Source: an uncultured Acidobacteriota bacterium (lineage in GTDB: Bacteria; Acidobacteriota; Vicinamibacteria; Vicinamibacterales; 2-12-FULL-66-21). Taken from it: a stretch of DNA of 64,000 bases. Shown here one piece after another: positions 13,596 to 21,294 of the stretch (position 1 is its first letter; the number at the start of each line of letters is the position of its first letter). Made by a program: the position numbers and the translations under genes. Location of the stretch: contig CAVOHG010000008.1 in NCBI GenBank assembly GCA_963695655.1, positions 909,380 to 973,379 on the forward strand, written 5' to 3'. The notes beneath the pieces were generated by a model, which saw only the letters and a program-made list of their open reading frames with translations, was not told the origin of the DNA and ran no database searches.

Positions 13596-14140
13596 CAGCG
13601 CCCGGGAGCGGCGTCGGTTCCGCCCATGTAATCGAGGCGATAGCCAACGTACCGCTCGGCGTAGTCGCGAATCGACGCGACGTCGTCGTCGGTCAGCTCG
13701 CGGCGCACTTTTCCCGGACTGCCCATGACCAGCGAACGGGGTGGAATCTGCGCGTTCTCGGTCAGGAGTGTGCCGGCAGCGACGATGCAGTCGTGGCCGA
13801 CGTCGACGCCGTTCAACAGGATGGCGCCCATCCCGACCAGGATCCGGTCCCCCAGGGTGCAGCCGTGCACGATCACCCCGTGCCCAATCGTGACATCGTC
13901 GCCAATGGTCGTGGCGTGCGTCCCGCGCATGACGTGCACGATCGTGCCATCCTGAACGTTGCTCCGGCGCCCGATGCGGATGCGGTGCACGTCGCCGCGG
14001 ATCACGACATTCATCCAGACGCTGCTCGCCTCGCCAATCTCGACATCGCCGATGACCTGGGCGCTCTCGTCCACGTACGCCGTCTGATGCACCACCGGAA
14101 GGCGCCCCTTATAGCTCCGAAGCATCTCTAGATGATACAC
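13595..14140 (-). CDS. gamma carbonic anhydrase family / left-handed beta-helix (hexapeptide) protein
   Basis: Intact 181-aa ORF with hexapeptide repeats and YrdA/PaaY-like sequence (SVWMNVVIRGDVHRIRIGRRSNVQDGTIVHV...IGHGVIVHGCTL). Confidence 0.85.
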   Translation of the reverse strand: MYHLEMLRSYKGRLPVVHQTAYVDESAQVIGDVEIGEASSVWMNVVIRGDVHRIRIGRRSNVQDGTIVHVMRGTHATTIGDDVTIGHGVIVHGCTLGDRILVGMGAILLNGVDVGHDCIVAAGTLLTENAQIPPRSLVMGSPGKVRRELTDDDVASIRDYAERYVGYRLDYMGGTDAAPGR

Positions 14141-14158
14141 GGGGGGACGAGGGTTTCA

Positions 14159-14227
14159 CTTACCAGTTACCAGTTCCCAGTGCACCACTGGGACTGGAAA
14201 CTACTGGAAACTGGAGACTGGAGACTC
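14159..14227. repeat. heptanucleotide repeat element, CCAGTNN family, inverted arms
   Basis: ccagtta ccagttc ccagtgc followed by the inverted gactgga aactactgga aactgga gactgga gactc. Lies in the divergent region between the gamma-CA-like gene and moaA. Confidence 0.8.
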
Positions 14228-14290
14228 GCCATTGCTGGAACTTTTCCGCGTTGGAACGTACTGAGTTGGAACTGTCATAATCAGAGAGTG

Positions 14291-15313
14291 ATGCCCCTCG
14301 TCGATCGCTTCGCGCGGCCGCTGCGCAGCCTTCGGATCTCCGTCACCGATCGCTGCAACCTGCGTTGCCAGTACTGCATGCCCGAGCCGGAGTACGTGTG
14401 GCTGCCGCGCGAGAGCCTGTTGACCTTCGAGGAAACGGCCGACATCGTCGACGCGTTCACGCCGCTCGGCGTCGATCGGGTACGGATCACCGGCGGCGAG
14501 CCGCTGCTCCGGCGCGATCTTCCGGTCCTGGTCGAATCACTGGCGGCGCGCGGCGCGATTACCGATCTCGCGCTCACGACCAACGGCGTCCTGCTCGCCG
14601 GCCAGGCGCAGGCGCTGCGGGCGGCGGGCCTTCACCGCATCACCGTCAGCCTCGACACGCTGCAGCGCAATCGCTTCCAGTCGCTGACACGAATGGACGA
14701 CCTCGATGCCGTGCTCGCCGGAATCGATGCGGCCGCCAGCGCGGGATTCGCGGGACTCAAGCTCGACACCGTCGTGATCCGCGGAGTGAACGATGACGAG
14801 CTCGTCGCCCTGCTCGAGTACGGCCGCCGCATGGGAGCGGAGGTCCGCTTCATCGAGTACATGGATGTGGGCGGCGCGACCCGCTGGACGCGCGAGGCGG
14901 TTGTGCCCCGTCGCGAGATCCTCGCGCGCGTCGAAGCCCATTACGGTGCGGTGATGCCGATCGACGAGCAATCGTCCGCGCCAGCCGCCCGCTTTCTGCT
15001 GCCCGATGGAACGAGTTTCGGGATCATCTCGTCGACGACCGAACCGTTCTGCGCTTCGTGCGACCGCAGCCGCCTTACCGCGGACGGCGTCTGGCTGTTG
15101 TGTCTGTATGCGGCGACCGGCACCGATCTGCGGCGCCCGCTCCGCGCCGGCGCGACAGCGGCCGATCTGCAGCGGCTCGTGGCCGCGGTGTGGTCCGTGC
15201 GTGCCGATCGGGGGGCCGAGGAACGCCTCGAGGTGGACCGTGAGACGACGCTCATCCCGGTCCGCACGCTCAAGCGCGATGCGCACCTCGAGATGCACAC
15301 TCGCGGCGGATAG
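14291..15313 (+). CDS. moaA: GTP 3',8-cyclase MoaA (radical SAM)
   Basis: MPLVDRFARPLRSLRISVTDRCNLRCQYCMP (CX3CX2C) and C-terminal cluster CASCDRSRLTADG. ATG at 14291 is preferred over the upstream in-frame ATG at 14132. Confidence 0.93.
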   Translation: MPLVDRFARPLRSLRISVTDRCNLRCQYCMPEPEYVWLPRESLLTFEETADIVDAFTPLGVDRVRITGGEPLLRRDLPVLVESLAARGAITDLALTTNGVLLAGQAQALRAAGLHRITVSLDTLQRNRFQSLTRMDDLDAVLAGIDAAASAGFAGLKLDTVVIRGVNDDELVALLEYGRRMGAEVRFIEYMDVGGATRWTREAVVPRREILARVEAHYGAVMPIDEQSSAPAARFLLPDGTSFGIISSTTEPFCASCDRSRLTADGVWLLCLYAATGTDLRRPLRAGATAADLQRLVAAVWSVRADRGAEERLEVDRETTLIPVRTLKRDAHLEMHTRGG

Positions 15314-15317
15314 AGCT

Positions 15318-15760
15318 TCGCGGGATTCGGGATTGGGGATTGGGGATTTGGGATTGAGGATTGAGCGAGTTCGACTATCCGGTTTCCAGTACCCAGTACC
15401 TCGGTTTCTTCCGCCTGAAGGCGGAAGCTACAACGACGATGCGCCACCCGAATCCCGAGTCGAACCCGAGTCCCGAGCCCGAATCTCGAGTCCGAACCCC
15501 GAGTCCCGAATCCCGAGTCCAGAACCCCCGAGTCCCGAGTCCCGAGCCCCGAGTCCGAACCCCGAGTCCGAACCCCGAGTCCCGCCGAGGCCCGAGTCCC
15601 GAGGCCCGAATCCCGAATCGCGAGCCCCGACCCCCGTGTCCCGTGTCCGTGCCCCGAACCCGAACCCGAACCCGAACCCGAACCAGAACCCGAACCCCGA
15701 GTCCCGAACCCCGAACCCCGCGTCCCTGATCCCCGATCCCCGATCCCTAATCCCGAGTGC
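15318..15760. repeat. large compound heptanucleotide repeat region (GGGATTG arm, then about 320 bp of the inverse CCGARTC/CCGAACC type)
   Basis: gggattc gggattg gggattg gggattt gggattg aggattg at 15318-15365. ccgaatc ccgagtc gaacccgagtc ccgagcc ... cccgaac ccgaac ccgaac ... gatcccc gatcccc gatccct aatcccg at about 15440-15760. Also contains the palindrome at 15408-15427. Confidence 0.85.
15408..15427. repeat. 20-nt perfect palindromic hairpin element, copy 1 (cttccgcc tgaa ggcggaag)
   Basis: 8-bp GC-rich stem with a 4-nt loop. The same sequence recurs at 17631, 28154 and 40687. Confidence 0.85.
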
Positions 15761-16073
15761 GTCGCCCCTGCCTGGTGACGCCCAAATCGTGGAGCTGCTT
15801 CGGAGTGGCGCTGGCGGGCAGATCGCCGATCCGAATGGGTAGGACGTAGTCGGCCCCGAGCAGGACGCCTCGGACCCGGGGGTCGACAGGCTTCACCCGA
15901 TCGAGCCATTCCAACCGCAGTGCGAACGGCCCTTCAGGGCGGGCCAGGATCAGGCCATCGCTCCCCTCCTGCACGATGCCGGTCAGCACGGCCCAGTCAT
16001 CCTCTTCGTCATCGTCCTCGCCCATGATCAGGAGGGACAGCTGCATGCCGATCAGATCTGATAAGTCCACCAT
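15747..16073 (-). CDS. hypothetical small acidic protein
   Basis: 108-aa ORF (MVDLSDLIGMQLSLLIMGEDDDEEDDWAVLTGIVQEG...). No recognisable family. Its 3' end runs into the repeat region. Confidence 0.4.
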   Translation of the reverse strand: MVDLSDLIGMQLSLLIMGEDDDEEDDWAVLTGIVQEGSDGLILARPEGPFALRLEWLDRVKPVDPRVRGVLLGADYVLPIRIGDLPASATPKQLHDLGVTRQGRRTRD

Positions 16074-16096
16074 GGCACCAGTTCGGAAAATCGCCG

Positions 16097-17524
16097 CTAC
16101 GGTTCGACCCTGAAGGCCAGATACATGAGCGTACTCTCGCGCTCGATCAGGAGGACCGCCGCGCTCCCCGGCTTCAGGGCGGCGGCCGCGACCTTCAGAT
16201 CCTCGACGCCGCCGATCGGCTTCGCGTTACACGCATAGATCACATCGCCAGCTTCGAGCTTTCCCTGCTGCGAATACGGGGTGTCTGGCAGAACACGGGC
16301 CACGACCGCTCCCCTGGCGCGCCGGAGCTGCGGCAGGAGCTGCGCGACGGGAGGCGTGAGATCAAGCGCCACGACAGCCAGGACCGGAACGGATTGCTGC
16401 GCCCCGATCAGCGCCTCGAGCTGACCGGTGTCGTTCACACGCTCCGCCACCGGCACCCGCATCGTCAGCGATCGGCTGCCCCGGCGGACCTCGATCGCGA
16501 CCTGCTCGCCGATGCCGCGGGTGTAGACGTTGATCCTGAACTGCCGGCCGTTCTCCATCGGCTTCCCGTCGAGGGAGAGGACGATGTCGCCGGGTTCGAG
16601 GCCCGCCTTCGCCGCCGGGCCACCCGGCGTCACGTCGGAGAGCATGACGCCGGCGTCGAATGTCATGCCGAGCGCTTCCGCCATCAGCGGTGTGATCGTC
16701 TGCGTGCTCACACCGATTTCGCCGCGACGCACGCGCCCGTACTTTCGAATCTGGGCGAAGACGTTGCGCACGATGTTGCTGGGCGCGGCAAATCCGATCC
16801 CTTCACTCCCGCCGGACTGACTGTAGATGAGCGTATTGACGCCGACCAGCCGCCCTTCGGTATCGACCAGGGCGCCGCCGCTGTTACCCGGATTGATGGG
16901 GGCGTCGGTCTGGATGTAGATCATCGGATCTTCAGGCGTCAGTTGCCGGGCGACGGCGCTGACGACACCCATCGTCACCGACGAGTCGAGGCCGAGCGGG
17001 CTCCCGAACGCCAACACCAGCTCTCCCGGGCGCAGCGCATCGGAATCGCCGAACGGCAGCGCCGGCAGGCCGCGCGCGTCAACCTTGACGACCGCGATGT
17101 CGGTCTCCTGATCGATCGCCACGACCCGCGCCCCCGCGATCCGGCCGCGGCGCTTGAGGATCGAACGTCCCGGCGCACCACCGGTCGCATCGAACGGGAG
17201 CTCCACTTCGACCCGCGTCGCGTTTTCGACGACGTGGGCGTTGGTGACGATGAAGCCTTCGGGATCGACGATCACACCGGAGCCGCTGCTGCGTTCGAGC
17301 TGCGGCTCGCCGGTCGCGACCCGGTTCTCCTCATCCGGCGCCGCGTAGCCGGTGACAAAGATCTGCACGACCGTCGGGCTGACCCTGGCGGACAGCTCCT
17401 GGAGCGATCGCGACAGATCCGCCAGCGGTGGAGCGGCGGTGTGGACAGTGGCCGCCTGGGCCGACGCGCGACAGGTCGGCAGCACGCAAAAGCACACGAC
17501 AAGGAGGGTCCGCAGAATCGGCAT
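16097..17524 (-). CDS. periplasmic serine endoprotease, HtrA/DegP/DegQ family with two PDZ domains
   Basis: Signal peptide, trypsin-like domain with TNAHVV, DIAVVKV and the catalytic GNSGGALVD, then two PDZ-like segments. Confidence 0.93.
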   Translation of the reverse strand: MPILRTLLVVCFCVLPTCRASAQAATVHTAAPPLADLSRSLQELSARVSPTVVQIFVTGYAAPDEENRVATGEPQLERSSGSGVIVDPEGFIVTNAHVVENATRVEVELPFDATGGAPGRSILKRRGRIAGARVVAIDQETDIAVVKVDARGLPALPFGDSDALRPGELVLAFGSPLGLDSSVTMGVVSAVARQLTPEDPMIYIQTDAPINPGNSGGALVDTEGRLVGVNTLIYSQSGGSEGIGFAAPSNIVRNVFAQIRKYGRVRRGEIGVSTQTITPLMAEALGMTFDAGVMLSDVTPGGPAAKAGLEPGDIVLSLDGKPMENGRQFRINVYTRGIGEQVAIEVRRGSRSLTMRVPVAERVNDTGQLEALIGAQQSVPVLAVVALDLTPPVAQLLPQLRRARGAVVARVLPDTPYSQQGKLEAGDVIYACNAKPIGGVEDLKVAAAALKPGSAAVLLIERESTLMYLAFRVEP

Positions 17525-17540
17525 GTCGATGCTGATCGTA

Positions 17541-17607
17541 TCAGTTCACAGCTATCAGCTATCAGCTGTCAGCAGTTAGTAATCAGCTTCAGCTTCAGCT
17601 GTCAGCG
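17541..17607. repeat. heptanucleotide repeat array, CAGCTRT family
   Basis: cagctat cagctat cagctgt cagcagt tagtaat cagcttc agcttc agctgt cagcg. Lies in the divergent region between the HtrA gene and the propeller gene. Confidence 0.8.
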
Positions 17608-17630
17608 TCCGGCTTCCGGCCTTCAGGTAT

Positions 17631-17650
17631 CTTCCGCCTGAAGGCGGAAG
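17631..17650. repeat. 20-nt palindromic hairpin element, copy 2, followed by two tandem 19-nt units
   Basis: cttccgcctgaaggcggaag, then aagctacgggtaaagacgc twice (17648-17685). Confidence 0.85.
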
Positions 17651-17802
17651 CTACGGGTAAAGACGCAAGCTACGGGTAAAGACGCCAAGCGACACCTAGC
17701 GGTCTACAACCGAGCGAACCCCGAACCCCCCGCCTACGCCGCGAAGCGGCGACGGCGCGGCCCGTGTTGACACCGCGTGGCAGATGCAGTGCAATCCGCG
17801 CC

Positions 17803-18810
17803 ATGCGGATTCTCACGTTCGTCGCGCTGGCGCTTGCCGTCGCGTGGAGTTCTCCCCAGGGCACCCGCGACGGCAGCCCCGAGGACAATCTGCCACCCGG
17901 CATGACGCGGCTCTCGCACTTCGGCGAACGGGCGTCGTGGTCGCCCGACGGGACGCGCATCGCGTTCATGGAGAAGAGCTTCGGCGACGCGTACGAAGTG
18001 GACCTCGCGACGCGGAACATCCGGTTGCTGACGCATTACGCACACCCGGGATTTCTGCGAGTGCAGTTCCTGCCGAACGGCGACTACTTCCTGATCGGCG
18101 CACGCACGTTCACCGACATCAGCACGACGCGGTCGCGCGACCAGGAGATGTGGATCCTGAAGGCGGATGGAAAGCCCGGCGATCACGCGGTGCCGCTCGA
18201 CCACAAGATTTCTGAAGGGGTGGCGATCTCGAGGACGACGATGAAGATCGCCTGGTCCAACACCCGTGGGCAATACCCCGACGAGTTCAAGCCGAACGAA
18301 TCCGTCATCTACACGGCGGACGTCGTGTACGAAGGGGGCCAGCCCCGGCTTGCGAACAAGAAGGAAGTCATTCGCGCGATGGCGCCGGAGTGCACGCTCG
18401 AGGCGCAGGACTTCCGGCACAACGACACCGAGCTGATTTACACCTGCTATCGGACGCCGTACGCGGACGTGCTCGGGGTCGACCTGAAGACCGGCGCGAC
18501 GACGGTCTATCGCAAGGAAGCCACCGAGTACAACGAGGTCGAGGGGATTTTTCCCAATGGCGAGTACACGCTGGTCGAATCGAGCCGCGACCAGCTCGAA
18601 CAGAACTCGAATTACATCGACATCTGGAAGCTGAAGCTCGAACCGAACAGCCGGGACTTCACCCGCGTGACGCACTGGGGTGAGTACCGCGGCTTCAAGG
18701 CCTCGAATCCGGTCGTGAGCGGCGACGGCCGCCGCATCGCGTTTCAGTCGGCACGCAGCAAGGATCCGGCGGGCGTGGGTTACGGCATCTTCGTGCTCGA
18801 GACCCGCTGA
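17803..18810 (+). CDS. secreted TolB-like / PD40-type beta-propeller protein
   Basis: Signal peptide MRILTFVALALAVAWS. Repeated SWSPDG.RIAF-type motifs (ASWSPDGTRIAFMEK, SGDGRRIAFQSAR). Confidence 0.7.
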   Translation: MRILTFVALALAVAWSSPQGTRDGSPEDNLPPGMTRLSHFGERASWSPDGTRIAFMEKSFGDAYEVDLATRNIRLLTHYAHPGFLRVQFLPNGDYFLIGARTFTDISTTRSRDQEMWILKADGKPGDHAVPLDHKISEGVAISRTTMKIAWSNTRGQYPDEFKPNESVIYTADVVYEGGQPRLANKKEVIRAMAPECTLEAQDFRHNDTELIYTCYRTPYADVLGVDLKTGATTVYRKEATEYNEVEGIFPNGEYTLVESSRDQLEQNSNYIDIWKLKLEPNSRDFTRVTHWGEYRGFKASNPVVSGDGRRIAFQSARSKDPAGVGYGIFVLETR

Positions 18811-18825
18811 CAGACAAGAGCATTC

Positions 18826-19951
18826 ATGACCATGCATCGCAGGGAGTTTCTCGAAACGGCGGCGATGGCGGCCGGCGGACTGCTGGCGAGCACCGTACCG
18901 ATCGGCGCCCGCACGGGCGCGAGCGGGCGATTCCTGTACGTCGCCACACCGGGGATCCGCAACTACCTCGAGTACGGCGGGATCGGGATCCTCGTCTACG
19001 ACATCGACCACGATCACCGGCTGGTGCGTCGCATTCCGACGTTTGCCATTCCGGCCGGCGAGGCGCCGGAGAACGTCAAGGGGATCGCGGCCAGTGCGAA
19101 GACGCGTCGTGTCTACGTGACGACACACAAGCGACTGGCGTGCTTCGACCTCGAGACCGACAGGATGGTGTGGAGCCGCGAGTATCCCGGCGGCTGCGAC
19201 CGGCTGGCGATCGCCCCTGACGGCCACCTTCTCTATGTGCCGTCGTTCGAGGGACCGCACTGGCATGTGCTGAAGGCCGCCACCGGTGAGGTGGTTACGA
19301 CCGTCGTCACCAACTCCGGGGCGCACAATACGATCTACGGGCCGGATGGCCGGCATGTCTATCTGGCGGGGCTGAAGTCGCCGATGCTGATGGTGGCCGA
19401 CAGCCACACTCACAAGGTCGTGCGATCGATCGGGCCTTTCGGCAACATGATCCGCCCGTTCACCATCAACGCCGAGCAGACCTTGTGCTTCGTCAACGTC
19501 AACGAACTGCTCGGGTTCGAGGTCGGGGACGTCGAAGAGCGGACGGATGCTGCACCGGGTCCAGGTCACGGGCTACGAAAACGGGCCGGTCAAACGGCAC
19601 GGCTGCCCCAGCCACGGCGTCGGTCTCACGCCTGACGAGAAGGAGCTCTGGCTGTCGGACGGTCCGAACAGCCGGCTGCACATCTTCGATGCGACCGTCA
19701 TGCCGCCCCGGCAGGTCGCCACGATCGCGCTTCGCGATCAACCCGGCTGGGTGACGTTCAGTGTCGATGGCAAGTACGCCTACCCGTCGACCGGCGAGAT
19801 CATCGACACATCGACACGACAGGTGGTCACGACGCTCAGCGACGAAAAGGGCGGCCAGGTGCAGAGCGAAAAAGTCGTCGAGGTGGCGATGGCGGGCGGA
19901 CGCCCGACGGGCACCGGCGATCAGTTCGGCATCGGGCGGCACGCGCGGTAA
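18826..19951 (+). CDS. Tat-signal beta-propeller protein (YncE-like), one frameshift near 19540
   Basis: MHRREFLETAAMAAGGLLAS (twin-arginine-like). Repeated propeller strands (RFLYVATPG, RRVYVTTHK, APDGHLLYVPS, GPDGRHVYLAG). Continuation is in ORF 19547-19951 (GLTPDEKELWLSDGPNSRLHIFD). Length is 3n+1. Confidence 0.65.
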
Positions 19952-19967
19952 CATCGTCCGGGTGCGG

Positions 19968-21134
19968 ATGCGAGCTCCACGGCGGCTCACGCCTGCGCTG
20001 CTTCTCGTCTTGTCAACGCTGTCCCCGGCGCTCGCGGCGCAGCAGGTCCGAGCGGCTGCCGGGCAGACTGAGGGCGCGTCCGGGCGGGACGCGTATGCAC
20101 GGGCGATTGGGCTCGAGCGACAGGGAAATGACTCGGCCGCGCTGGCGCTCCTCTGGTATGCCTCCGGCGCCGCGCCCCACGATGCCGATATCCAGAACGC
20201 GCTCGGCGAAGCACTCGTCCGAATCGGCGCGCTCGACGCCGCGATTGACGCTTTCCGCCACGCACTCGCCGAACGCGCGCCATTTCAAAAAGCCGCGAAC
20301 AACCTGATCCTGACGCTGGTCAAGGCTGGCCACGGCGAGGAGGCGGTGATGCGGGCGAAGGCCCTCGTCGCCGAAGCGCCGCGCGACGCGGACCGCTACT
20401 TCACGCTTGGGCTTGCCGAGTCAGAACAGGACGTCGACGCTGCCATCGCGACGTTCCGCCGCGTGCTCGAACTCGACCCCGGCCATACGCTGGCACGCTA
20501 CAACCTGGCGCTGGTTCTCAAGCGCGCCGATCGGCTGCCTGAGGCGGTCGAGACTCTGACGCGCGCGATCGAGATCGAGCCGCGGCCGGAGGCGTTCTAT
20601 ACGCTGGGCGTGATCTACTGGCAACAGGGAGACTCTGACGGCGCGACGCGCGTGCTGCGACGGGCGACCGCGATGGATCCGCGCTACGCCGACGCGTATT
20701 ACACGCTTGGTGCGGTCCTTGCCGCGCGGAAGGATTGGAACGGTGCATCGGATGCGCTCCGCCGCGCGATTGCGATCAGGCCGGAGATGCCCGGCGCACA
20801 CGACACGCTGGCGCGCGTGCTTCAGCAGTCCGGCGATGCGGCCGGCGGCACGGCCGAATTCGCCGAAGCTCAACGGCTCCGCACGCGAGCTGCCCTCGAG
20901 CAGGAGGCAGGCGTGTGGACGGCGGTCGGGAGCCGGACCGCCGAAAGCGGAAACCTGGTCGGCGCGCTGGACCAGTTCCGCCGCGCCACCGCCGTGTTCG
21001 AAGGATATGCCCCGGCGCACTACCAGATCGGCCTGGTGCTCCAGCGGCTCGGCGAACCGGACGCGGCGCGGGCGGCATTCGCCAGGGCCGCTCAGCTCAA
21101 CCCCGGCCTCGTCCCTCCGACGCCGTCCCGCTAA
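19968..21134 (+). CDS. secreted tetratricopeptide (TPR) repeat protein
   Basis: Signal peptide MRAPRRLTPALLLVLSTLSPALAAQ, then 8 or more TPR units (e.g. YYTLGAVLAARKDWNGASDALRRAIAIRPEMPGAH). Confidence 0.85.
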   Translation: MRAPRRLTPALLLVLSTLSPALAAQQVRAAAGQTEGASGRDAYARAIGLERQGNDSAALALLWYASGAAPHDADIQNALGEALVRIGALDAAIDAFRHALAERAPFQKAANNLILTLVKAGHGEEAVMRAKALVAEAPRDADRYFTLGLAESEQDVDAAIATFRRVLELDPGHTLARYNLALVLKRADRLPEAVETLTRAIEIEPRPEAFYTLGVIYWQQGDSDGATRVLRRATAMDPRYADAYYTLGAVLAARKDWNGASDALRRAIAIRPEMPGAHDTLARVLQQSGDAAGGTAEFAEAQRLRTRAALEQEAGVWTAVGSRTAESGNLVGALDQFRRATAVFEGYAPAHYQIGLVLQRLGEPDAARAAFARAAQLNPGLVPPTPSR

Positions 21135-21171
21135 GAGTCCCATTTTTCGGCGTTTGCCCCGTGTTTGCTCC

Positions 21172-21200
21172 TTGTGTCTGCACGAGACCGGTTGTATAAC
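21172..21200 (+). promoter_or_regulatory. candidate sigma-70-type promoter for the TonB-dependent receptor gene
   Basis: TTGTGT-N17-TATAAC, about 95 nt upstream of the ATG at 21295. Pattern match only. Confidence 0.3.
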
Positions 21201-21294
21201 CTTAGCCGTCACGGACAGGAGTGGTGGCCATACCCTTCTCCTGCCGTGTTCGTGGTTACCCGCAAGGTTCACAGTCCGCGTTCGGAGGAGATCG

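Noticed and set aside
14141-14290. Possible Moco riboswitch upstream of moaA.
   Set aside because: The leader consists of the heptamer inverted-repeat element. I could not find the conserved Moco-motif sequence blocks.
15361-15729. 122-aa ORF encoding a Pro/Glu/Ser/Arg-rich low-complexity protein, plus the overlapping 322-aa minus ORF 14941-15909.
   Set aside because: It is generated entirely by the tandem heptamer/hexamer repeats. It has no start context or conserved domain. The minus ORF also overlaps the moaA coding sequence.
17734-19569. 611-aa minus-strand ORF. Similar long ORFs lie at 21976-23196, 23779-24807, 7839-9422, 48227-49891, 58155-58994 and 59838-60947.
   Set aside because: These are antisense shadow ORFs typical of GC-rich DNA. 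They are Arg/Ala/Pro/Gly-rich with no recognisable motifs, and each lies opposite a well-supported gene with clear family signatures.
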